64,000 nt of DNA from Octopus vulgaris. Its lineage: Eukaryota. Each line of letters begins with the position of its first letter. Within the stretch, counting starts at the first letter, position 1. The stretch lies in contig OX597823.1 of the NCBI GenBank assembly GCA_951406725.2, forward strand, positions 17,112,001-17,176,000, given 5' to 3'. The notes beneath the pieces were generated by a model, which saw only the letters and a list, made by a program, of their open reading frames with translations, did no database searches and had not been told where the DNA came from. A program made the position numbers and the translations under genes. Shown piece by piece: positions 1-48,197 of the stretch.

Positions 1-37
1 CCTAACTAAAGATAGCAAAAATGAGGTAATTTTGTAC

Positions 38-776
38 ATCATCATCATCATCATCATCATCATCGTTTAATGTCCGCTTTCCATGCTAGTGTGGGTTGGA
101 TGATTTGACTGAGGACTAGCATCATCATCACCATTGTTCGACGGTGGTTGAGACAATGGAATTTACTATGCTACACCAGACTTCACAGTCCATCATAGCA
201 TTACGGAGGTCCTGTTGCTGGATGCCTGTATCCCTGGAGATTATATCAGGGTAGGAGAATGTGCGCCCTCTGGTATGGCGAGTAGATGGCTTCCAGAGGA
301 GAAGAGCTGAAAATGAGGCAATTTCTACTCTTCTCCTCTGGAGAACTAGCGAACCAGATGACTGCACGAGGTTCCAATCTTGATCTGGCAGAGTTTCTAC
401 AGCTTGATGCCCTTCCTAATGCCAACCACTTCGAGAGTGTGGTGGGTGCTTTTACATGTCACCAACCACGCACAAATGGTATTTTTTACATGCCACCTGC
501 ACAGGAGCCAGTCCAGCGGCGCTGGCAGTGGCCTCACTTGAATGTTTTTTTCACATGCCAGTAAGGAGACACTGGTAACGATCACGCTTGAATGGAGCTT
601 TTTGCATGCCACCGGCATGGAAGCCAGTTAGCTGCTTCGGCAATGATCGCGCTCAGATGGTGCTCTTAGCACACCACTAGCATGGATGCCAGTCATCAAA
701 TTTGATTTCAATTTCAATTTCACTTGCCTCAACAGGTCTTCGCAAGCAGAGTTTTGTGTCCAACGAAGGAAAGGTA
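38..776 (-). mobile_element. RTE-type LINE family A 3' UTR, interrupted by another RTE fragment
   Basis: (GAT)n tail, terminal stem-loop, degenerate tandem modules. Confidence 0.8.
121..344 (-). mobile_element. 5'-truncated RTE LINE (second family), ORF2 C-terminus plus (TGA)n tail
   Basis: Peptide LLLWKPSTRHTRGRTFSYPDIISRDTG..LRNAMMDCEVW resembles RTE C-termini; TSD ACTAGC at 115-120 and 345-350. Confidence 0.8.
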
Positions 777-791
777 TGATATGTAATGTTA

Positions 792-1010
792 CATCATCAT
801 CATCATCATCATCATCGTTTAACGTCCGTTTTCCGCGCTAGCATGGGTTGGACGGTTCGACCGGGGTCTGGGAAGCAAGGGGCTGCACCAGGCTCCAGTC
901 TGATCTGGCAGAGTTTCTACAGCTGGATGCCCTTCCTAACGCCAACCACTCTGCGAGTGTAGTGGGTGCTTTTTACGTGCCACCTGCACAGGTGCCAGGG
1001 GGGGGGGGAT
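792..1010 (-). mobile_element. RTE family A 3' end
   Basis: Near-identical to other copies; (GAT)n tail. Confidence 0.85.
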
Positions 1011-1018
1011 GTCGTGAG

Positions 1019-1186
1019 CAGGGCCGGTTCAAGGTACCGGCAACTTGGGCAGTCAACTAGGGCACCATGTGCATTTTAGTCTACATTTTCAGTTTTTCTC
1101 CTTGTGATAGTTTAAAAAAATTATACTTGTAAGGGTGCCGAAGTTCAACTTGCCTGGGGGCACCAGCAACCCTAGGGACAGCCCTG
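1019..1186. mobile_element. hAT-like MITE remnant
   Basis: Termini CAGGGCCG...CAGCCCTG; no clear TSD. Confidence 0.35.
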
Positions 1187-1673
1187 AAAGTAGGTACACT
1201 AGATTAAATGAGGTTGTGGGCCAGATTTGGTCCATGACCCAAAATTTGCCACACCCCTGATTTAGGTTCTGATTCGAGTAAGATTTGACAGCTATTTTGA
1301 AGTCGAGTGGCTTTATAGCCTTGTTTAAAACAAATATTATTTTGTATGTGATACTTAACAGCCAATATCTATCTCTTCAATTGAAACAATATAGTGCAGG
1401 AAAAGAAAAATGTACAATTTAAAAATCAATATATATATTCAACTTATGAGGAAAGTAAACAAAGTTTGCTTTAGAATCGTTGAGATGAATTAGCATTATC
1501 ATGCATTTGAGAATAAATCATTTCTGTATGTACGTACCTACCTACCTGCCTATCTATCTATCTACCTACCTACCTACCTACATACATACATACATATATA
1601 TGTATGTTGTTTACATATTGTATTTGGGCTAAATTTGACAACATTTTGAAGTCTCCTTTTTTCGGGAACAGCT

Positions 1674-2483
1674 TGTAGTGACGGCTGTACGTAAAGGAGA
1701 TGGTGACAGAAATATCTCCTTTTAAACGCCGCACGGTCGCCTTACAAAGAAGCCATATATGGCATAAAATAAAAGTGCCACAATGAATAAGAAGGCGACA
1801 CAACCGTTCATGTTTGAGAGAAGAAGACTTTATTTACAGAATGTGTACCTGATATGAGCGTGTATGAATGCATGCAACATAAGTGTGTGTCTGTGTAAGT
1901 GTTTATATAATAAGACAGGCCGTCAAACATACAATGTGTGTCTGTGTGTTCGTGACTGCATACAGAAGAACAATGGGAAATAAGTCTCTCAGGATACAAA
2001 TGAATGTTCAGACAAGATGTTAATAAAATACCAGTTCGGTGTAAGTCACACCATAGCAGTGGTTCTATATCAATGAAGTTGGTGGCAAAGTGGAGAGCAG
2101 TTACTATGCGTGTAGAGGTTGTGGCTTCAATCCGTTGCTAGGTTGCTTTGGTACAGAAAGTTCTCACAGGTAGACGGGAGCTGTTAACTTTGGTGAATAT
2201 TCACAACAGCGTGAAGTTAAACCTGGAATGATGTTGGTATAGGTGGTCGAGGACCAAAGACGCAATACGGTTTGTCGTGACTAGCTTTATACAGATTAGG
2301 TGACTCAAACGAAGCATTTTAAAGACTGTGTCATGGGACCTTATCCGAAGGTCCTGATTGGTTGGTTTACACAATGGTGCGAAATAAAACTGCACCAAAG
2401 CCAACCAATCCGGGCAGCAGACACAACTGGTCCCAAGCAGCTGAAGAAAGGCTGCTATCTGACACGACATCATTTCTATTACA
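1674..2483 (-). mobile_element. Possible solo LTR
   Basis: On the minus strand: TGTAAT...CTACA ends, TATA-like TATATAAA near 1905 followed by AATAAA near 1833, CpG-richer than flanks; no TSD found. Confidence 0.3.
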
Positions 2484-2693
2484 TCTCTCAAACAGTGAGG
2501 ATATCACTGAGGTACGTTACAAGTTTGATGTATTGGTGAACAGTGAATGGCATTGGAGAGTATAAAGATTAGATGAGAAAAAGTTAGCTGGAAGCCATCT
2601 GAATACAAGAAAGAGCTACCTGTGTCATGATGATTTACATTGGGTGGTGAAATGCCAAAATCATGATTGTCACTCAATGCTCTGTGAACTCTG

Positions 2694-3257
2694 TAAAAGC
2701 TGATGCACTTTCTAACATCAACCATTCCGAGAGTGTAGTGGGTGCCTTTATGTGCCACCGGCACGAGGGCCATTCAGGCAGTACTGGCAACGGCCATGCT
2801 CAAATGGTGTTTATTACGTGCCATCTGCACAAGAGCTAGTCCAGTGGCACTGGCAACGACATTGCTCAAATGTTTATTCACGTACCATCGGCACAAGTGC
2901 TAGTAATGCGACGCTGGTAACGATCATGCTTGAATGGTGATTTTTATGTGCCACCGGCATGGAAGCCAGTCAGCTGCTCTGGCAACGATCACGCTCGATG
3001 GTGATCTTAGTGCTCCACTAGCACAAATGCCAGTCATCAAATTTGATTTCGATTTCTATTTCACTTACCTCAACAGGTCTTTGCAAGCAGAGTTTAGTGT
3101 CTAATGAAGGAAAGGTACGCATAAGTGGGTTGGTTACACCCCTGGCATAGGCCATGGATTATGGTCTCACTTGGCTTGCCAGGTCTTCTCAAGCACAGCA
3201 TACTTCCAAAGGTCTTGGTCACTAGTCACTGCCTCGGTGAGGCCTAATGTTCAAAGG
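2694..3257 (-). mobile_element. RTE family A, longest copy, reaching the ORF2 C-terminus (3167-3257)
   Basis: Minus strand reads L*TLGLTEAVTSDQDLWKYAVLEKTWQAK*, an RTE-like D..LGL....DR..W end, then the repeat-bearing 3' UTR. Confidence 0.75.
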
Positions 3258-4018
3258 ATGGGCTTCTTTCAGTTCGTCTACCAAATCCACTCACATGGAT
3301 TTAGTTGGCCTGAGGCTATATAGTAAAAGACATTTCCCCAAGGTAGGACTGAACATGGAACCATGTGGTTGGGAAGCAAGCTTCCTACCACACAACCATG
3401 CCTGTGCCTATAATTAGTAGCAGAAAAGAAAACCGTTCAACCTTGCTGTATATACATACCATGCTTTGACAGTTTTTGTTTTCAGCTAGACACCTTTCCT
3501 ATCACCGACCTCTAAACAGCAAGAGCTGGGTACATTTTATTACATCATGAGTATTAAAGATGGTTGCCTATGGTAAGACTAAATAGTTTGCTTTATCCTA
3601 CATCAGTGATTTTGTTCAGCGTTCTCATACACCTAAATGGATTACCTGCACTGAAGCTTATGGAGACCATGTCTCTCCATTTGTTTATTTTTATGAATTG
3701 ATTTCAGTATATTACTGGTATTAATTTTATTACCTCAAGAATGATCTGAACGAAGAAGAGGGAGGAATGAACCAAATTCAATAAAGCAGTCAACCCTGCC
3801 TCAGCTTCTTTGACAACTAAAATCCAAAACACAAATGAGAACACCTCTAATTAGTTTCTAGATCTGCTCAAATTCCCTTAAAATAGGCCCTAGCATCTTA
3901 AAAAAAAATAGAAGGAGACCTTATCCAGGGATCTATTTTCTGAATAGATTATGCCTGAAATAAAAATGGGCAAACAGTTTGAACTTCTTTGGTCACAGGT
4001 TGACCTAGTGCTAAGCAG

Positions 4019-4390
4019 TCATCATCATCATCGTTTAATATCTGCTTTCCATGCTGGCATGGGTCGGACAGTTTGACTGAAAACTGGACAAGCTGGGGGA
4101 GGGGGGAAGCACCAGGTTCCAATCTGATTTGACAAAGTTTTTACAGCTGGATGCTCTTCCTAATGCCAACCACTCCGAGAATGTAGTGGATGTTTTTTAC
4201 GTGCCATTGACCTAATACCAGCATTAGCCACAACTACAGCCTCACTTGACTCGACAGATCTATACAAGCACGGTATATTGCCAAAAGTCTTGGTCACCTG
4301 TCACTGTCTCCATGAGACCCAACACTCGACCAGAGCATTTTACATGCCACTGGCACAGGTGCCAGCCAGACAGCATTGGCATTGACCACA
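4019..4390 (-). mobile_element. Older RTE family A copy with ORF2 end and short 3' UTR
   Basis: RVLGLMETVTGDQDFWQYTVLV peptide close to the conserved 3' end. Confidence 0.7.
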
Positions 4391-5253
4391 GTAGCAAAAA
4401 CAAAAAGAACACAAAGGATTTTGCTATTAGTATTAATTCATAGCAGATCATCATCATCATTCACAGTCCAGCTTTCATGCTGACATGGGTTGTAGAGTTT
4501 GACAGGATCTAAAGAGTTGGAGGTCTTTGTCATGCAGTTTAGTACAGTTGTATGCCTTTCTTAATGCTAACTCCATTATAGAATGTACTGGGTGCTTTTT
4601 TTCATAACATCAGTACTAGTGATGATCACCAGGAAATTTTCAAGGTTATGGGTCTAAAGTGGCTCCTATAGCAGACGCAGAACAGAAGAGAGAGTGGATG
4701 ATGATTCTAAGCGGATGGATGGTATGAGAGGCTGGTGGAGTATGGTAAAGAACAGGTAAGAAGGCAGGGATTAGTGAAGCAACGTTATTATTTTTTATAT
4801 CTAAAATGCTCCATTAATTTGACAATTATGTTTTTGATTTTGTAATTATTTTTACGCATAAAAAATATAGAGAATTAAAAACAAAACAGAACTTGATTTC
4901 ATTAATTATTGTAATAAATATCAAAAAAACAAACAGATACAAAAAGATAAATTTGTGTTAGTAGTAAACCTGTCTTTTATGAGATAACACACACACACAC
5001 ACACACACAGAGCATACATCCTTGACAAAAGTTCCACTTGTTTGTCTGGTCTGATGAATTGATTGTGGTAAATGTGAAGTGATAAAAATATTGATTTTAG
5101 TCACTTGTATTTTCAATGTATAGTTTACATCTTACATGAAAACTGTTTTAGTTGCTTTCTTTGGCTTTTTTGAAGAATGAAACATTATTTCATTTATTTA
5201 CATTTTATTTTTTAAGCTTCAGCAGATTGAATATGATGATTCTTCGGTACTAA

Positions 5254-42310
<37,057 letters not shown>

Positions 42311-42339
42311 TATTACTGAACTGCACTGAGCACAATCTC

Positions 42340-42460
42340 AACACTGAGCTTGCGCAAAACATAGGCGGCTCTTACTTCTGGTAGTCCCCAGTCTTTTTTT
42401 CTTCCGTTTACTGAAGGGCACATTTAACGCTGTGCAGGACACGCATTTCCCGCGATATAA
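42340..42460 (-). promoter_or_regulatory. Putative TAF5 promoter/5' UTR with E2F-type site TTTCCCGCG (42446-42454)
   Basis: Locally CpG-rich unique sequence just upstream of the ATG; matches the E2F consensus TTTSSCGC. Confidence 0.45.
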
Positions 42461-42508
42461 AATAATAATAATAAAAATAAAAATTATTGTTTACAGTGCT
42501 CAGGTGCA

Positions 42509-42572
<64 letters not shown>

Positions 42573-42855
42573 AAATATTAGAGAATAAATCCAAACTTAC
42601 AGGGAAAGATCAGATTTAGGATTAAATCCAATTTTATAGTATAAATATATTATATTATATTATATTAAATTAGAGATAAAACCACTATTAGGCAAATCAA
42701 ACAATGAAAAACATAAGCTAATACATAAAATTAATTAATTTATATTATTTTAAATATATATCAAAAGTATTAAAAGTTTAATAAAAGATAAAGAGTATAT
42801 ATATATATATATATATCTGTAAAATAATATGTGACAATTATTCAGTAGCCAAGAT

Positions 42856-43099
42856 GGATCATTTCGGTTTGAACGGCAGTTTGGGATCTTTTCGGTTTGA
42901 ACGACAGTTTGGGATCTTTTCGGTTTGAACGACAGTTTGGGATCTTTTCGGTTTGAACGACAGTTTGGGATCTTTTCGGTTTGAACGACAGTTTGGGATC
43001 TTTTCGGTTTGAACGACAGTTTGGGATCTTATCGGTTTGAACGGCAGTTTGTTACCTAGAAATTATGTTACAAACTGCCGTTCAAACCGAAAAAGATCC
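42856..43099. mobile_element. Merlin-like MITE with seven tandem 28-bp left TIRs
   Basis: GGATC...GATCC ends, perfect 8-bp TSD GCCAAGAT. Confidence 0.75.
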
Positions 43100-43211
43100 G
43101 CCAAGATATCTTGGCTATTGAATAATTGTCACATATTATTTTACAGATGAATTTCCTCTATTTACATAATATTGAGATCTCTTTCTTTCTTTTGTTATCT
43201 TACCGGTTTTA

Positions 43212-43301
<90 letters not shown>

Positions 43302-43333
43302 CTTTATTTAAAAGCAGCAGAAATATAACAAAA

Positions 43334-43370
43334 GCTGTTACTCAGAGTTTCACGCTCCCGTTCGTCGGAC
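43334..43370 (-). ncRNA. Minimal hammerhead-like motif, CCGACGA core variant, stem I truncated
   Basis: GT-CCGACGA-ACG(GGAG)CGT-GAAAC-TCTGA-GTA-ACAGC. Confidence 0.5.
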
Positions 43371-43545
43371 GGGAACGTGAAACTGAATAACAGCTTTTGT
43401 TATATTTCTGCTGCTTTAAATAAAGCAGTTTACTCTACCTCTGGTATTTGAGTACTCTTTTTCCCCACCTTGTTTCACATTTATGTGCTTACTCCGGTAT
43501 ATTTCCCTTTGTATAACGGTAATTTTTTAAAGCATTTTTCCAATG

Positions 43546-43616
43546 GCCGGATAACTGAAGAGATAGCGGCGCGGTTTTCCACCTCGGCATCCGAAACTCG
43601 GAGTTTTATCATGGCT
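43546..43616 (+). ncRNA. Type I hammerhead ribozyme motif
   Basis: GATAA-CTGAAGA-GAT..ATC-C-GAAAC-TCGGA-GTT-TTATC: stem I GATAA/TTATC, intact core, short helix III, GUU triplet. Confidence 0.65.
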
Positions 43617-43645
43617 ACCGAATAATTGTCACATATTACATTTAC

Positions 43646-43682
<37 letters not shown>

Positions 43683-44832
43683 AATTGAGATAGGGGTTGT
43701 AAATGCAACCCTCCATGGGATAACATATATCCAATATACTGCTAGTGAAGTACCCAACAAAGTTAATACATAAATGTTAAGGATTGCGATGCAATCAATT
43801 CATTTACTGTATTATATGGGCGAAGGTAAAATGATTTACCACAAATTACTAATACAAGATAAGAAAAGAAAATGATTTAGATGTATTTCTCCATTTTCTT
43901 ATCTTGTATATATATATATAAAGATACACGTTCCCATTTTTTTCAACTAGAATAACTTGCCTTATCTTATGAAAAAATTGGTAATCTATATTACTCAGAA
44001 CGTAAGTTGCAACGGCATACTGAAAGTCTAAAAACAAGCAAGGACGTTTAGAAGAAACTTATGAAAATGCTTTATGCTGGCAAAGGGTCAAAAGGAAAAT
44101 AGCATCGCTCATAACCTTTTCTTAGTCTTAAGGACCGAAGGGATGAAGTTATTCTTAAACCAGAGACCTGGCTTAAATGCTTGCAACATAGTTAATTCTG
44201 CTAAATGCACTAAAAGGCCGGGTAATGGTAGACGGATTTAGCCTGCAATCTGAGAACAGGAACGATATTATTCCCCATAGTTTCCCTCTATAAAATTTTG
44301 ATAGACAAGCTACTTCTAAGTGGAATCGACTCCGAAACCCCATAGTTGCTAAGCGAAAATGGCCTACGTTTGGAAATAAATAAATAAAAGGCAAGATTGT
44401 CATGGCGGGAATAGGTGTTCATACTTTTGTAAGATGTTAATCCTACAAAATTATTATCAAGATTATCACAGTAATGTTCCTTGCGTGTGGCTTACACAAG
44501 CGTGCCCATCCCAGACTTTGGTCCCTCATAATTTTTACAAAAGTGGATATTTTTTTTTAAATGAATTTTTCTACAGATACTTTTCAGATGATATCGGAAT
44601 TAATGAAATTTTTTTCGAAGGGAATGAAGAGAGGAGCTTTGGATAATTCACACGAGTCGATTTTGTTTCTTCATAACTTTAAGAAAAATGGATATTTCTT
44701 AATGATAGGTTCTACAAATGTCTTTCAGGTGGTGTAGATTACGGTTATATCGGAATTTAATTTTCAAAAAATTAGGAGGGTAGGGGTCACACATATATAC
44801 TGACACTTCACATTTCTCCCAAAATTTCAAGT

Positions 44833-45003
44833 GGATCTTTTCCTTTTGAACGGCAGTTTTCAACACAATTTCTAGTCAACTTAAACACTTTTAAACTTCG
44901 TATACTGGTAGAATGTGTCAAAATAAAACATTCTTTTATCTTGGCTTTCTTGAGAAAATTGTAATTTGTAAGTTTAACGTAGTTTAATTTTTCGAAAAGA
45001 TCC
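44833..45003. mobile_element. Merlin-like MITE
   Basis: GGATCTTTTC...GAAAAGATCC, perfect 8-bp TSD TTTCAAGT. Confidence 0.75.
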
Positions 45004-45434
45004 TTTCAAGTTTTATTTTGTAGATATGTATGCGACGTGTGTCAGTATGTATGTAGGCGCACTCATCAATTTCTTTTCTCGTTTTTTTCCTCATTTTTTC
45101 TGATAGTTATGAGGAAACAAAATAGTGTGGGGGGCACACTTGTGTAGGTATGCCTATATATATATATATATATTTTTGTTTCTATTTTTCTCGCTCTTTT
45201 TCGTAATCTGTCAAGTTATTTTCATTGCTTTCTCTTTCTCACTTTATTTGAGTTTCTTTTCTTACAAATTTTCTCTGTATTGCGGTTCTTAGTAGATAGA
45301 AACATTAACAGAGAAATAGATGACTTAACAGATATAGAGAGAAGTGAGAGAGTGAAAGATACTAAGGGGAATGAATGTGCGATAGATAGATATATACAGA
45401 GAGAGAGAGAAAGAGAGAGTGGAGGGGGGGAGAC

Positions 45435-45570
45435 TGTCATCCGGCGGAAATATTAAAACTGCGGGAAATACAGTCAGTGTTTACTTGTTGGACATACGCT
45501 GGAAAAAATAAAAGAAAACTTCGTAAAACTGTTAAACTTTCTTCAAAGTGGATGATATTGTGTAAGAAGG
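45435..45570 (+). promoter_or_regulatory. Putative FIGNL1 promoter and non-coding first exon; E2F-type GCGGGAAA at 45461-45468, donor AG|GTAATA at 45570
   Basis: CpG-containing unique patch (CCGGCGGAAA, GCGGGAAA) followed by a donor-like site; the ATG exon begins with an acceptor. Confidence 0.45.
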
Positions 45571-45834
45571 TAATATAATGTAATGATAATATACTGTTTA
45601 AAGTTAAGAACAATCTTTGATTTTAATGTTATGAAATAATGCTCTTGTTCAGCCCGGGTCAACTTTGATTGAGCAGACTTAGGATTTAATGTGTACCAAT
45701 CTTCTTGAGTATTGCTTATCTAAGACTAATTTATTTAATGTGTCTCCCTCCTTTCAAGAGGGTAGCGTATAGTTCAAGCGCGATTTTGACTGATATTTCT
45801 TGCAAGTCGATCTACGCCGTGGCTCATATATATA

Positions 45835-46229
45835 TCTTTATATATAAAAGTGAGGTTGTGTGTCTGTCTCCTACGATTTAGATTCCTAACTACTCCCACA
45901 TTTTGCAGTGCAGTTTAACCAAAATCGGGTATCTTATAGTCGTGATTCATATCGAGCCCTTCTGGGTATTAGCGTGCATCTACGATGAGTCTACGATTTA
46001 AAAAAAAAATTACCATCATTTTTTTCCATTTTAATGCATTTTTTTTCGCTATTATATAAAGGAAGTAACTCTCTAAAAATGTCTACGATGAGTCAACGAT
46101 TTAAAAAAAATTACCATAATTTTTTTCCATTTTTAATGCATTTTTTTGCTATTATTTGGCTATAACTCTCTAAAAATGCTTATATAGTTATTTCCCTTAC
46201 AAACCCGAGCAACGCCGGGCGATACTGCT

Positions 46230-46231
<2 letters not shown>
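45835..46231 (+). mobile_element. Non-autonomous Helitron with internal duplication
   Basis: A|TC start, hairpin, 3' end mutated to CTTG. Confidence 0.88.
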
Positions 46232-46278
<47 letters not shown>

Positions 46279-47022
46279 GTGTGGTAACATTTCAACTGAT
46301 AAACGAAACGTGATAAACGAATAAGCTAGATTTTAAATCTTTGGTGATGATAGTGTATATTTGTATTTGTTTTATTTGTAAATTTATACTTTAAAATTGT
46401 AGATGAATATGTATAATCATTGATATATGTGTGTTTTTCTACATTCATTTCGGCAACCAGGATTGAAGTCACGAAGTCAGGAATTACACTGTAAAATAGT
46501 ATTTTTCTTCATCTTTCCATCGTAATTACAAAAACACTGTGAGTGGAATGGTTTTAATCGTCTTAGTTAATCGATTTATGAGATATAAAAACAAAATTGC
46601 TATATTTGAGGAGCCTGCGAACGAGGAGGTACTTATTAAGGGAGAACTCAAATGAAGACCAGTTTATATAGGAATTTACTAGAAATAGTTACGTCCGAGA
46701 GAACCTGGCAGTTTCCTATTTTAGTTCCCCTACATAAGTCCTTTATGTTATCGTCAGCTCCTTACTGTCATGTTGGGGCCGGGGGTTCAAACTGTTGTGC
46801 ATAACTTCATGGTTCTCCAAAGATGGGAGTTGTCCAGTTGAGCCCTGATCAAGCAGACCATCTTTTTTAGTTATACAGGACTGCATTGTCCAGTTTGTCC
46901 CTCTACTTTTTGTAAGATGTGATTTGAGGGATGTTTGGCTGTAATTTCTAGCATAGGGAAAGTCAGTGTGCCAGAAATTACACAATGTTGGAAGATTGAT
47001 AGGTTCTGACAAAAAAAAAAAA

Positions 47023-47414
47023 CAGGAGTGGCTGTGTGGTAAGTAGCTTGCTAACCAACCACATGGTTCCGGGTTCAGTCCCACTGCGTGACACTTTGGG
47101 CAAGTGTCTTCTGCTATAGCCCCGGGCCGACCAATGCCTTGTGAGTAGATTTGGTAGACGGAAACTGAAAGAAGCCTGTCGTATATATGTATGTGTATGT
47201 GTTTGTGTGTCTGTGTTTGTCCCCCTAGCATTGCTTGACAACCGATGCTGGTGTGTTCACGTCCCCGTCACTTAGCGGTTCGGCAAAAGAGACCGATAGA
47301 ATAAGTACTGGGCTTACAAAGAATAAGTCCCGGGGTCGATTTGCTTGACTAAAGGCGGTGCTCCAGCATGGCCGCAGTCAAATGACTGAAACATGTAAAA
47401 GAGTAAAAGAGTAA
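47023..47414 (+). mobile_element. SINE family B
   Basis: Homology to other copies. Confidence 0.88.
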
Positions 47415-47765
47415 ACGCACCAAAAGACAAGTGAAGCAGAATATTGGTTGGTATAACAGATATGAATTGAAAGATGTAGTCGAAGACTCTAGATCTTCAT
47501 ATTCTAGGAAAAAAAAAAGTTTTTATCCTATAAGATTGCAACTTAATGGTTTCACTGACTTAACGTAGTTTCACCAAATCCCTCTTGTGGAACTGTCCCT
47601 AATCAGCCTTGATTGAGCAGTCCATTGGCATACAAGTAGTCGATTAAGAGACCTAGTACTTGGTCAACAGGTGATGGAACCTAGCCAGAAAACTGGTTAA
47701 GTGCTCTGATTTGTTTCATCTCTCATGTATTTAATGTAATTTTTAAAAAAATTTAATTTTTCAGA

Positions 47766-47914
47766 ATGGAGTTTGATGAGCCACATGCTTCTTTCCTCAG
47801 CTACTTCCAAAAACTATATTTTGACGACAAATTACAGAATGGCACTCCATCTGAAAAAGCTGACATTCTAAGAAATCTTATAGTCCAAATAACTCTTGCT
47901 GCCAGGTCCAACTT
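47766..47914 (+). CDS. FIGNL1: FIGNL1 coding exon 1 (MEFDEPHASFLSYFQKLYFDDKLQNGTPSEKADILRNLIVQITLAARSN)
   Basis: TTTCAG acceptor 1 nt before the ATG (implies an upstream non-coding exon); GTAAGT donor. Confidence 0.9.
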
Positions 47915-48164
47915 GTAAGTTATTGAGTGTATTTCTTATTTTTCTTTTTCTTTTATTCTTTTATTCTTTTACTTGTTTTAGTCATTTGACTGCGGCCATG
48001 CTGGAGCACCACCTTTAGTCGAGCAAATCGACCCCAGGACTTATTCTTTGTAAGCCCAGTACTTATTCTATCGGTCTCTTTTGCCGAACCGCTAAGTGAC
48101 GGGTACGTAAACAAACCAGCATCGGTTGTCAAGCAATGCTAGGGGGACAAACACAGACACACAA

Positions 48165-48197
<33 letters not shown>

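Larger units (their letters stand above)
42510..43920. mobile_element. Stack of five (TA)n-targeted Penelope-like fragments separated by TA tracts
   Basis: Blocks at 42569-42795, 42816-43215, 43297-43497, 43502-43647 and 43681-43908; three are fold-backs, two carry hammerhead motifs. Confidence 0.7.
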
